Positions 38,303-50,828 of a stretch of 64,000 nucleotides of DNA are shown here, piece after piece. The position numbers and the translations under genes were made by a program. Below the pieces are notes generated by a model. That model was not told the origin of the DNA and did not search any database. It was given only the letters and a program-made list of their open reading frames with translations. Every line of letters begins with the position of its first letter. Positions within the stretch are counted from its first letter, which is position 1. Source of the DNA: Octopus vulgaris (Eukaryota). The stretch is taken from assembly GCA_951406725.2 (NCBI GenBank), contig OX597830.1:11718001-11782000 (forward strand), written 5' to 3'.

Positions 38303-38510
38303 GCAAATTTTGGCACAAGGTCAGCAATTTAAAGGGAGAGGTAAGTCGATTACGTCGACTCCAGGTTTCAATTAGTACATTATTTTTTCGATCCCGAAGT
38401 ATTGAAAGGCAAAGTCGACCTCAGCAGAATTTAAATTCAGAACGTAAAGACGGATGAAATGCCACAAAGCATTTTATCCGGTGTGCCAACGAGTCTGCCA
38501 GCTCGACACC
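38303..38510 (-). mobile_element. SINE family A, older subfamily with the alternative tail
   Basis: Tail gaccttgtgccaaaatttg, like 14098-14304. Confidence 0.75.
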
Positions 38511-38968
38511 TTGTGTGCTGTCTACATATCCATTTCTAATTTAATTCTCTGTTTTATTAAGGATGATACTATAAGTAATCGTTTATGTCATGGAGTGCAG
38601 TAAAACCAGAACTGGCCCTAGAGTTGCTAGCGCCCCGGACAACCTTAAATTCGGCATCCTTAGAAGTTTAATTAATCTTTTTAATTTTTGCAGAGAGTAA
38701 AACCAGCAACTGTGGGATAAAGGGTTTTATAATTCACTAGAGGAATAACGGGTTTATTTTATTCATTATTTTCATTTACCCTTTTCAATGAAAGATCCTA
38801 AGCATATGACGTAACGTTCCCAAGTACGTGTCGTCCCGGTCGACTTCCCTCAGTTGTTGGCGCCTTTAACAATCCCTGAATAAAACAGCCCAGAAATGCT
38901 GCTTTTTTCTCTCATTGTCCAGTATGAGTTTGGATACCCCTGTATTATAATTCCACAATAGAAGTGCA

Positions 38969-39134
38969 TATAGGCGCAGGAGTGGCTGTGTGGTAAGTCG
39001 CTTGTCTACCAACCACATGGTTCCGAGTTCAGTCCCACTGCGTGGCATCTTGGGCAACTGTCTTCTACTATAGCCTCGGGCCGACCAAAGCCTTGTGAGT
39101 GGATTTGGTAGACGGAAACTGAAAGAAGCCCGTC

Positions 39135-39194
<60 letters not shown>

Positions 39195-40233
39195 GGCAGT
39201 TTGTCTGTCTGTGTGTCTGTGTGTCTGTCAGGTTGTACCCTCACTCTGACCACGGCTTTCAACCGATTCTGATGAAACTTGACACACACATAGCCCTATG
39301 TCATAATTCAAAACTAACGCAGCGAAAATTTTGAAAAGTTCCCCCAGTTCTGAAAAGAAATCGATAAATTCGACATGGGTCGAGAATCTAAGCTTTTTAT
39401 ATGCAACACATTTTCTACAGACTGTCTAGGGGACGCAACTCGACCTTTTTAACTCTCGGAACACGTGGGGTAAGTATCCCAAAATGTATAAAAATGTACA
39501 AAAACGGCAAAAAAGCGGGCAGCAATGTGAGTGACAACAACGAAAAAGTCAAAAGTGACCAAACTGAACAAACGAATGGAAAAGGTTTTTTGATGCACAC
39601 GACAAAAGCGGTTTATAATAAACCAAGAGTTTGCAAGTAGCGTCCGAGAACTCTTAGGGTACGTCAAAAATTTAAGGTAAAACGTTTGGGGTGGTAGTTA
39701 TAAAGAAAGTGTAAACAAAAAAAGTATTCGAATAAATTGCGGCTGCAGCAGCTATTAGCAGAAGTGGCGGTGTTGGGGGTAAAGTCTCGAATGTAATTTC
39801 TTCCTGGTAGGAATTAGTTGGGTTGAATTATCGATAGCTGTTTGATAGTTATTTGGGAGTGAAGAGAAGACATTGCAACCTACACATGCGTCTTCGTTCC
39901 CTAGAGGGAAAGGACTAGATTGGGATTAGTCGTTGCCTACTAGGGGCTCTTACATACCCGGGCAACGCCGGGCTATGCTGCTAGTATATATATATATATA
40001 TATATATATATGCGTGTGTGTGTTTGTGTATCTGTGTTTGTCCCCCAAACATCGCTTGACAACCGATGCTGGTGTGTTTATGTCCCCGTAACTTAGCGGT
40101 TCGGCAAAAGAACCCGATAGAATAAGTACTGGGCTTACAAAAGAATAAGTTACGGGGTCGATTTGCTCGACTAAAGGCGGTGCTCCAGCATGGCCGCAGT
40201 CAAATGACTGAAACAAGAACAAGAGTAAAAGAG
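38969..40233 (+). mobile_element. SINE family D interrupted in its (TA)n by a Helitron
   Basis: 5' half 38969-39185; 3' half 39985-40233. Confidence 0.92.
39185..39984 (+). mobile_element. Non-autonomous Helitron (family H2) with a different interior
   Basis: Shares about 250 bp of 5' end and about 125 bp of 3' end (hairpin + CTAG) with 35295-36255. Confidence 0.92.
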
Positions 40234-41179
40234 TATATGTTGAACTTGGCTCAGTAAACTAAATATATCTCTTGTGAATTATACAATCTGATACTGATTA
40301 GAACATGTAATTGTTTTCAAGATTGTGACACTTACGTTTGCTGGACTGGATAATTTCAGAGTTGAATATCTTAGCCATAGACGTTGTCGGTGATAGGATA
40401 AGGACTGGACTTCTCGGCTAGTTATCTGTTATCCTCTTCGAAGTTTTATCAGCGCCCTCAATTTTAGAAGATGCTTGTGTCAGTTGTTCTATTACCAAAA
40501 GCAGAAAATTCATGATAATAAGCTATATATCGTATCTTAGATAAAAACCAAGTTTATATCATTTATTAAATGAAAATCAAACAATAGATGAGAAAACTAT
40601 TTCTAGTAGAAAATTCTGCTATTTTATTTACCATATGAAGTACAAGGGAATCCAAAATATTACTACAGAGAGCAAGTTTTCCCCGATACTTTGGACAAAG
40701 AAATAAGAAAGACAAGAAAGTAGAACTGAAGAGGTGGTAGAAGAGCGTGTATAAAATTTCTTTCTAAAGTTATGGGATATACGAATAGAAGGACATTGAT
40801 GTAGTGTTACATACGGAAGGAAAAAAAATAGAGAAGCTCATGCAGGCTCAGGTAGACGAGTAATGCCTCAAAGGTGTGTTGAGTGACGTAGATTTTTATC
40901 ACTTGCGCCTAACGATATGGAACAGTGGAAATAAAATTGTTTTCAAAAGCAAAGACATTTCACTGCTCTATATAAGAGTGAATTTATCCTTATTTCTATT
41001 TACAAAAGACAGCGAAAGCCGAAGGTAGCGTTGATAAATTCCGATGTGCTGAAGTAAGATCTTTAATATGTTCTTACTGGAAACTGGCCGTGAATCGGCA
41101 CAGAAACTGCCCGCAGATCGGCACAGAAATCCTAGTCCAGGCTGAACCAAAAAATATTGAAAAAAATCTCCGACCAGAT

Positions 41180-41412
41180 CATCATCATCATTGTTCGACC
41201 GTGGTCGAGACAATGGAATTTACCATGCTACGCCAGACTTCACGGTCCATCATGGCATTACTGAGGTCCTGTTGCTGGATGCCTGCATCCCTGGAGATTA
41301 CATCAGGGTGGGAGAGTGTGCGCCCTCTGGTATTGCGAGTAGATGGCTTCAAGAGGAGAAGAGTAGAAATTACCTCTTTTTCAGCTCTACAACAATGTCC
41401 AGCAAACTGGAC
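41180..41412 (-). mobile_element. RTE-type LINE 3' end
   Basis: VQFAGHCCRAEKE..AMMDREVWRSMV then a (TGA)n tail; 13-bp TSD tctccgaccagat (41167-41179 / 41413-41425). Confidence 0.9.
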
Positions 41413-42168
41413 TCTCCGACCAGATAGAACTGTCAATGGGACCTAACTACATCTTGTAGTAGACAACATAAGATCCAGATCTTACACACGTAATTATTCC
41501 AACTGACTAAACGCCTTTTGCCTGCAGCTGAGCTAAACCATGAAAGACCTGTCTGCTGGTAACACCGCAACTCCAACGATATCAACAGGAGCGACAACAA
41601 TACGAACAGCAAAAGCAGCAGCAGAAAAAGCAGCTGCAATAGTGATAGCAAGACCAGCAGCAGCAGTAGCAAGAGAAACGGCAAACAAAAAAACTGTAGT
41701 CGTCCTGATCTATGCGGAAATACCGACAAATGTAATAGCAAAGGAGTTCTATAGAAAAAATCATACCGCCGCTAACGTTAATGCCACACACGTTCACACA
41801 TGTTCGTAGATGCAGCACCAGCCTAATTCCTCCTGCTTCTCTGAATCTTTTGGCTTTCTGATGAATTACAAGGAGGGGGATAAGCTAAAACTGTGACAGA
41901 TTATTAGCACGTGGAAGGAGAAAATGACCAGCGTCAGTTGTTCTATTACCAAAAGCAGAAAAATTGATAAGCACCAGGGAACTCGCCAAACACACGTCAT
42001 CATTCATCTCCACCGTAGTAGCAAGAACGAACACAAGAACAACAACAAAACAGCTTCAACATCAACGGCAAGCACATGTAAAAATAAGGAAAAAACAACA
42101 GAATTCCTTAATTACGTCGTTATCTGAAGGGTGAGCGCTGATTTGATAGATGAGATAAAACACAGACC

Positions 42169-42563
42169 CCATGATAAACTTCAGTGAAAATCAGATATTA
42201 GTGTTATGTGTAACCAACCACCGAAAAACATGTACACACCACGAACTCACTAAAGTGGAACCAAAGAAAAGGTTCCTAGAAGATTAAGAGGGATTCCGAA
42301 GCAGCCAGCCAGTGCATTGCTTTAAATTACTAATATGTCTATACGTTTGCATAAATTCCTCTTTTGTGAGGAACTGATTGGAAAATGACTAGGATGCAAA
42401 TGTGTCGCAAATCTGCTCAAGACAATTCCAACTATCTAACAGGTATTGACTGGTTTATTTGAATTTACCTGTGGTAACATAGAAATTGCATGGTTCGTTC
42501 ATGTTTTTCGGTGGTTGGTTACACAGGGCATTAATATATGATTTTCCCTGAAGTTTATCATGG
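42169..42563. mobile_element. Putative MITE with about 70-bp inverted termini
   Basis: ccatgataaacttcagtgaaaatc..gtaaccaaccaccgaaaaacatg is reverse-complemented at about 42495-42563; no clear TSD. Confidence 0.6.
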
Positions 42564-42639
42564 TTTGTTGTATGGAGACTGGATATTCATGCACGGTTGG
42601 TATCTAATGTATTGCTTGTAGGTCATTGTTATACTTTTC

Positions 42640-43430
42640 AATTGGCCAAGTGGGCATCGTTTTGCTTTCTTTGTTGTGGAGAGATGCTGTGTGACTTTCA
42701 GTGTTTTTGCACGGCGAATGATTTTGGAGTAGTTGTGAAGTCGTATTTGGGAAATAATGAATGGATGTCAGTTTGATATTGCACAGGAATGAAGGTGTGT
42801 GTACGTTTTGAGAAAGTGTCAAGATTCTTATGCGTACAAGTCGAAAAGATTGAATGAAGAGACGGACCTTTGTAGTATTTCATTCAGGAAATTGTGGGTC
42901 CAAGACGAATTTTGCTTCCTTTCGTACACTTTTGACACCGGACAAGTAATTTGCGAATCAGTGTTAGGAGATTTCAAGTATTTTGTACAATGGAAAATGA
43001 AGTCAAAAAAGCTTGCCTTTGTCGATAGTTTTTTGTTGTTGTCGAAATCCCTTTGCATCTTGTGCTGTTAGCTTCGGGAGTGGTGTGGAATCTGAGTGTA
43101 ATGGCGTGAATCTATGTTACGATTTAGGGTTAGTGAAACCAAGGGTTTTGTGCGTGTGCTTGGAATAGCGATGGGTTTATTACGATATTACTTTACTTGA
43201 GTTTTTGTTAGGTTTTGCAATTGTCATGGGTTTGTTCATCACGTAGAGTTTGGAAATTTAATAGCGTTTGTATGATCGGTTCTAAATGTTAGAAAGAGCC
43301 ATCAAGCCTTTGATATCTTAGGTGTATGCTTGCGATTTTGTCTGGCCTTGAAGATTTTGAGTCTTTTCTTTGGAAATAACTAAAAAAATCTTCCCTGGGA
43401 AGAGATCAAAAAGTATAGTATGTGTTAGAT
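42640..43430 (-). pseudogene. Highly degenerate LINE reverse transcriptase
   Basis: KDSKSSRPDKIASIHLRY (GPD motif), IAKPNK, ILQRSVSSFNLFDLY (decayed PQGS.LSP.LFN.Y). Confidence 0.55.
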
Positions 43431-43449
43431 TTGTTAGATGTATCTGACC

Positions 43450-43760
43450 GGAGGCGCAATGACCCAGTGGTTAGGGCAGCGGACTCGCGGTCGTAGGATC
43501 GCGGTTTCGATTCCCAGACCGGGCGTTGTGAGTGTTTATTGAGCGAAAACACCTAAAGCTCCACGAGGCTCCGGCAGGGGATGGTGGTGATCCCTGCTGT
43601 ACTCTTTCACCACAACTTTCTCTCACTCTTACTTCCTGTTTCTGTTGCACCTGTACTTCAAAGGGCCGGCCTTGTCACTCTCTGTGTCACGCTGAATATC
43701 CCCGAGAACTTGATTCGGATCAACCGGAACCCTCGTCGTCGTAACCGACGGAGTGCTTCC
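43450..43760 (+). mobile_element. SINE family B with an internal deletion
   Basis: Lacks about 75 bp relative to the 55373 copy. Confidence 0.9.
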
Positions 43761-44942
43761 ACCACAATTGTCATGGGTTTGTTCATCACGTAGAGTTTGG
43801 AAATTTAATAGCGTTTGTATGATCGGTTCTAAATGTTGGAAAGAGCCATCTAGCCTTTGATATCTTAGGTGTATGCTTGCGATTTTGTCTGGCCATGAAG
43901 ATTTTGAGTCTTTTCCTTGGAAATAACTAAAAAAAAATCTTCCCTGGGATGAGATCAAAAGTATAGTATGAGATGCATCTTAATAACTACAATGCTCGTG
44001 GCAAGTGTCGAATTAGACCAATACAAGTGTTTTAGTTTACGAGTAATGTCCAATAACTGTTTATTTGGTGTTGTTTTATCGCTGCATGGTCAGTCTTGTG
44101 GTCTTTGTTGTTGATGCTGCGAATCCCTCTCTGTTTTATTGTTCGTCCTTTAGTTCACGTTGAATGCAGACATCTGTCTGTTTGCTGTTTTTTCAATTAT
44201 TTCCTTTCTTATTTTCTTGAATCGTATTTGAGGTTGTCTTGTTTTGTATTTATCGGTTTGTAATGGGAGAGAGGGTTTATTTTTATGTTCCTTGTACCAT
44301 AATCTTTTTGGATGCATCTATATTTATTTGTTGAATTGCAATATTGCGATATCTCTGTTGGCGATTGTAGTGTTCTTGAGTTCCGAAGACTGGTTATGTT
44401 GATAGAACTGGTCCAACTGGGGTTTGTCGAAGCTTGTAAAAATGTTTTGCTTTATTTTTTTGCTTACTTCAGCACATCGGAATCTATCATCGCTACCTTC
44501 GGCTTTCACTGTCTTTTGTAAATAGAAATAAGGATACATTCACTTGATGCGTGGATATCTTATGATAATTAGTAAGGCCGAGTACTTAAAAAGTTCTGCC
44601 TATCACGTAGTTTCACGTTCGATCATGCTGTACGAGAACTTGAGCAAGTTTTTCTGCCACAGCCTCTAAGTTGGTTCATATCTTGTGAGTGGAATTTGGT
44701 AAACGGAAACCGTGTGGAAGCCGATCGGTTCAGATATATGTTCGATAAACACCTGTGTTAGAAATATAGAGAAAGTATAATAGTTAGGTTTTGAAAGCCG
44801 GATTATTTCCTCATACCTAAAGATTTTCTGGGGATGATGCTGGCCAATCAAACTTACCGATATGAACGATTGACTAGGGACTACTGCACGAAACATTTAA
44901 AGCTCGAAAAAATAATCTGCTTTACCAACACAATTATATACA

Positions 44943-45173
44943 TTTCTTTCTTTGTTTCTTTGTTTCTTTGTTTCTTTGTTTGTTTGTTTGTTTGTTTGTT
45001 TGTTTGTTTGTTTCTTTCTTTTTTCTTTCTTTCTTTCTTTTCTTTCTTTCTTTTCTTTCTTTCTTTTCTTTCTTTCTTTCTTTCTTTCTTTCTTTTCTTT
45101 CTTTTCTTTTTTCTTTTTTTCTTTCTTTCTGCACACACACACACACACACACAGAGACACACACAGACAGACA

Positions 45174-45222
<49 letters not shown>

Positions 45223-45235
45223 CTATATATATATG
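44943..45235. repeat. Compound microsatellite (TTTG)n(TTTC)n(CA)n
   Basis: Read directly from the sequence. Confidence 0.95.
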
Positions 45236-45419
45236 GTATTTATATATGTCTCGGCTACCTTTAGACTGTATTTGGTCGTGGGGTCCCGATTCGAGAGTTC
45301 CGGGATTTTGAGAAGTGTGGAACCACGTATTCGCCACTATTGTTTCCAGGTCTACTCCGGACCGGCCCGGAATGGTAGCAGGTTTCAAGGTTCCAGCAGT
45401 GGATTTAATTAGCATCTGA

Positions 45420-45960
45420 TGGGATTGCCTTCAGAAGGAAATCACTCAAAACTTCCTCCAACGGAACCGGAGCGGACAAAGCTCTTCAGTTCTTTTACAG
45501 TTCATCTAAAAGAAGTTAACTCCATGGTCAAGAAAGAGGGTTTCTAACTAGTCATGAAAAGACTGAATCCATGAAGGAGCAATGAAAATGGCTTTTTGAT
45601 GATATGCCAAGAAGAAAAGGAATCAATCACAAAACATCTTTCTAAAGCGAGTTAAAAAGAACAGATTAGCTCTTTTATGCATTCTTAGTATAATCACTTT
45701 CTTTGCGTAAAGAGGAATTTCACTTAGAGGAAGCTAGTCCCATGAGAAGAAGGAAGAAGACAGTAATTTCAATTTTTTTATTAAGTGGAAGGCAAAAGAT
45801 TATCCTCAATTTGTGGCCTTTCTGGAAACTGCACCAAAGAATGCCACATATTTATCTCCTGTTATCCAGAATCAATTGATTGAATGTCTTGCAAAGGTCA
45901 TCAGGAGGCAAATCATTAACGAAGCCATGAAGGCTGACTATTTCAGCATCATGGCTACAA
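45420..45960 (+). pseudogene. hAT transposase fragment (ZMYM1/DUF4371-like region)
   Basis: KKEGFSN ... ETAPKNATYLSPVIQNQLIECLAKVIRRQIINEAMKADYFSIMA. Confidence 0.8.
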
Positions 45961-45969
45961 AGTGTAGGC

Positions 45970-47200
45970 GAAATCAAGAGTAGTTTGTCACCACGTGCAA
46001 TTTTCGCTGTTTTCTTAACATAGGTTTTCTTATTTTCTTTCACGTGTCGGTGTTAATGATTGAAATGTCACTACCAGTGTCCAGTTGTAATTGATTATTT
46101 ACTCCATTTACTTTTATGTGTACAAATTTCCTTATTTGGAAGTCGATTTTACTTTCTGCTGAGAAAACTTTAGCATTTTTTACATTTGACCTTCGTACTT
46201 TTGTCCTGCAGTGTGAATTCCTGTGTCCAAATTTTTGACAACTGTAACATTTTTGGTTTTTAAAAGGACAATCTTTTCTGAAATGTAGGCCCACACATTC
46301 GTAACATTCTTTGGTTATACTTTCTCGGTCGACGTATCTGTAATTTGGCGAAATCCTTTTCGTCCTTTGACACTCTTCTGCAACAGTCAGTAAGGCTAAA
46401 TCTCGTTCACATTTTGAAAGATTTCTTGCCCGTATTTCTGTATCTTCATTTGCTGTAAAGCTTTGTTCAAAACATTTCAGGAGTAAGTTATTTAAGTTTA
46501 AAACTGTCACACATTCTGTTGACTGTTCCTGCATGCGTAATAAAGTCACCACCCTCTTTTTAGTTAAATTCCAAAACTCCATTGGAGTGTTAAATAGAGA
46601 AGTTTTATCACCGAACAAGTCAGACAGTAATTTAATTTTCTTGAAAACAAATTTCACTAGACTTTTTGGGTAATATGAAATTACAGTTCATGCGCAGACA
46701 GAGCTAATTTACGTAATAATGACCCTACTTTTTCTTCGTCTGACCATGTTTTGCAATCCTCCTTCAAAATTTCCTCGTACCTTCTGTAGTACACTGCAAA
46801 AGATACACCCTCCTCTGGGCTATAACTGATTTCTGTTATGGAGTGCAATACACCGTCCGGCGAAAACGAACTTACCGCATTTAAAATTCCAATAATTGTT
46901 GTTGTGGTTGTACTAGTTGATTCTGCAACTCCGGTTGCTGTTCTTGTTATTGTTTTTGCAACTGTATTGTAGAAGCTAATAGGTCCTCCCTCATTTAACA
47001 AGTTGTATCACGAACAAATTGTTAAATAACCTATGTGAGCTTCGAGACCCTCGTCGCCAGATGTTGTATCCTCCGTCTCCAGCGTCGTGGTACCGCCACG
47101 ATATTGTGACGGATGGTTTAGATACACTGTACCAGTGTTGTAACAGTAAACAACCACAAAATAAAAACGATGCAGCCGTAATAACAACGTAACGATCCAA
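45970..47200 (-). mobile_element. Ty3/Gypsy gag-protease relic with primer-binding site and LTR end
   Basis: Minus strand ..ACAACA-tc-TGGCGACGAGG (PBS 47049-47059); CYECVGLHFRKDCPFKNQKCYSCQKFGHRNSHC knuckles; protease LQLDTGSDISIIN. Confidence 0.92.
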
Positions 47201-47292
47201 CCATATCTTCACGAACCAACAATCAATATTCCAAACGAACTAACCAGCCGACAACTTCCGACTTCACTGCGAATTCAACTCGAACTAACACT

Positions 47293-49545
47293 AATTCTTT
47301 ATTCAAGCACTCTGGCTTTTGCACAGAAGGGACAGCACAAGGACAGACAGAACACCACAGTGGAGATAAAAAACAAAAGGAATGAAAATGAGACAAATGT
47401 TATATAATAAATGAAGATGGAATGACCACAAGATTTTCCATTTTTCAAAACTTTAAAGTTCAAAAAACTTTTACAAATGTTCACACTTTTTAAAACGACA
47501 AGTTGACAGAAAAAGATGCGTGGTAAGTAGCTTGCTAACCAACCACATGGTTCCGGGTTCAATCCCACTGCGTGGCATCTTGGGCAAGTGTCTTCTGCTA
47601 TAGCCTCGGGCCGACCAATGCCTTGTGAGTGGATTTTGTAGACGGAAACTGAAAGAAGCCTGTCGTATATATGCATATATATATATATATGTATGTGTGT
47701 GTATATGTTTGTGTGTCTGTGTTTGTCCCTCTAGCATTGCTTGACAACCGATGCTGGTGTGTTTACGTCCCCGTAACTTAGCGGTTCGTCAAAAGAGACC
47801 GATAGAATAAGTACTGGGCTTACAAAGAATAAGTCTTGGGGTCAATTTGCTCGACTAAAGGCGGTGCTCCAGCATGGCCGCAGTCAAATGACTGAAGCAA
47901 GTAAAAGAGTAAAAGAGTAAAGTCTATACGCAGTCTTGAAATTAAATGTCACTCACCATTTTATCATATTTTTTTTATCTCCTTGTACTCCATCACTGAT
48001 GGGCGAGGTTCATTTTCCACTTCCGGTCCCAGTGGATTGATGTCCGAAGGGAACGCCACCTTCAATGCACTATACTTCACCTCGTCAGTCAAGATACACT
48101 TCAGGTCCCTGTCGTACCCCTCTTCCAGATTTATTTTTACAATTCCCTTCAATTTTGCAATGCTTCTCTCTATTTTTAATGTTGTCTTGTAGGTCACTAG
48201 GAACATTTTATTTCTGTCTCTGTCATGTGTGTCTTTTGTTCTATGTTTTTATGTTTTTGTGATTCTGTTTTATTTTTTGTTTGTCTGTCTGTTCTTTTTT
48301 GTCACTGTATATATGAATGTTTGTGTGTCTGTAAGTCAGTCTGTAAATCTGCGCTTCGTTAGTACGTCTGTGCGTTTCGGTTTCTGTAATTCTGGTTTTT
48401 CTAGTGTCTGTTTTTCTATATTTCTGTAGTCTGCTTGTCTTCGTGTTTATGTGTCTGTGGGTCTGGATTTTTGTGTGCTTGGAAGTCTGTATGTTTGTCT
48501 AGCACTGTTCCGTCTGTGCCATTTTTAACTGAAGATCCTATTGGCGTACTCCTTTTACTTAACATTGCTGGCTGTTTTTTTCTTTAGTTTTATGTTCTTT
48601 TGTTCCATCAGCATAGGCGACCTTTTCCTCTCTCTTTTCCTCAATTTTATCTCCACAAAATCTTCCTGTTCCATCAGCTGTTCCTCCTCTCTTTCTCTTT
48701 CTTGATTTTCAGTTTCTGCCATTTCGTTTACTGTCCTAGGGCACTTCCTTTTTAATAACCCCTTTTCGCCGCACCCATAACATTTAGGAGGTCTTCCCTC
48801 ACCAACATTATCTCCATCTTATCCCCATTGGGAAGCTCCAAAGTTTCTGGCATCTCTTCATATCGATCCTGGCCCATCGCGCAAATTACTTCAATCCCGT
48901 ACCCCCACTAATTCACTGGTTGGGTCCGGTTCATTAATATCATCCTCAACTTTTCATTGTTTCTATCTTTATCATTCGCAAAAATTCCTGTAATAATCCA
49001 TTCAGGATCAATGCGGGGTGGGATACTGCCCACCCTAACTGTAGACACTCGTCTGTCAAAATTGGGTATCAATATCCATTTCAAACCGAACTTTACCTCA
49101 GAGGCGTATTTTTTTGCGTTTTCCTCCAGAACAAAAGTAATCCCCATTGATGCGTATCCTTTACCTCTCGTATAGAACGATGTTTTGTCTTTAAAGTAAT
49201 CCTCTTTTATTTCATCTATTTCTTCTTGCGGTGCGTTTTCGAGTCTTCTACTCTTGTTCGAAAAAGTTCTCTTTTCACTTTTTCTCCCTCTGGTAGGGTC
49301 AACTTAATATTCGACCCCCTCTCCTTACCATGTTTTTATATTTCTTGTACAGCTCTTCCTTACTCCGCAACAATTCCTACTTCATCGACAGAAGGTCGGC
49401 TTTCCGTTGCCGCGGCATAACTCTTCTTTATATCGCCAAAAATTCACCACCACCAAACACTAGTGGCTTTACACAAAAAACTGCTGCAAGCAGCACCAAA
49501 AACAACAACCGTTTACAACAAAACTTTCAGCAGAAATCAAATGAT
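47293..49545 (-). mobile_element. ORF1-only retroelement copy 1 (SINE D inserted in its 3' UTR)
   Basis: SYAAA, LIPNFDRRVSTVRVGSIPPRIDPEW, VEGRPPKCYGCGEKG, C-terminus AFPSDINPLGPEVENEPRPSVMEYK* then 3' UTR and AATAAA tail; no EN or RT motifs in between. Confidence 0.8.
47519..47921 (+). mobile_element. SINE family D
   Basis: Near full length. Confidence 0.92.
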
Positions 49546-50828
49546 GATGAAATGGCTGCATGAGCCCCATTCTCATGCAGTACCATTTGAACGTTTTTAT
49601 AGACAGTTTCTAATCTTTTCTTTTTTCCTTTTGTTTTTTTTCATTAGCATCGTTTTTTAAAAAAAATTTTACTTATTCTATTTTCTTTAATAGTTCATAT
49701 ATAATTCCAATTCTTTTTCTTTTTCTGCCTCTACGGAGGAGAGCTTATTCTTTCTTTTCTTTTACATTTTTTAACCACTGTGAACGCTTCTTCTGTTATT
49801 ACCATCTCCTTCACACCATCTTGTACCACTTCGTCCACCTCTTGTTTTTCAGACTGTTCCATTTGTTGTTCTTTCTCTCTCTGGGGGCACCTCGCCTTCA
49901 TGTGGCCTTTCCCCCGCATTGATAGCATATAGGAGGCCTGCCCTCCACTACCACTCTCAGCCTCACATCCTCTGGTAAAATTATTTCCTCTGCAATTTCG
50001 TTTGAGTCTCTCAAACTTGCTTATATGGCCATCGCTATGCCATAACCCAACCAATTTAACCTTTTGGTTTTGTTACTTTAAGTATTTTTATGTCTTCCTC
50101 CTTGTTAAACATTATCGCTGCTACCAACCATGTTACATTTATTTCTGGGGGTACTTTTCTCACTCTCATCCTGGCAACACACTTGCCACAGTACGTTGGA
50201 AAAGTACCCATTTTTCTGTCTGGCTACAGTGGAGTGCTTTATCACTTTGTCTTCAGTCGCGAATCGCGCCTCCACTGTGCCATACTTTCAACCTTTTATG
50301 ATGAAAGTGGTGAACTTCTTGATCTCTTTTAAACACTCTTTAACAGCTTCGATAGTTGCGATTTCAATTTTTCTCGATGACACTTTCAGGGTTTTGTATA
50401 TCACAGTTCTTTTTATCACCCCATTCTTTAATTCATTTGAGGGGCTTAATTTTAGAATATTACCTTCTCTTTTCAGCAATTTCTCACACTCTTTCAGCTT
50501 CCTCGGTTCCACCTTCATCTCATGAACCTCTAAAGCGTCAGAGTTCACTCCTCTGCCAGTTGCGGCCGCATAACTGTGGCCTTTTGCTGGTCCACTTTCC
50601 ATGTTCTTCTCTTCTCAGGGAACCTGAGAAGAGAAGAACATGGAAAGAACGAACACAAATCAACAACTCGTATGTAAAAATAGCAGCATCAATTGCAACA
50701 TTCAACAATCGTAGGTACACCCACGAGGGGAGACCTTCAACAAATCAACAAATATATTATAACATCACTTACTTCTACGGAGTCACAAGGATTTAACACA
50801 CCACGCTGTAGAAACTCGAATTAACACT
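49546..50828 (-). mobile_element. ORF1-only retroelement copy 2
   Basis: MESGPAKGHSYAAAT.., FPTYCGKCVARMRVRKVPPEINVTWLVAA, VVVEGRPPICYQC; 3' UTR hairpin at 49556-49580; 5' end AGTGTTAATTCGAGTT. Confidence 0.8.
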
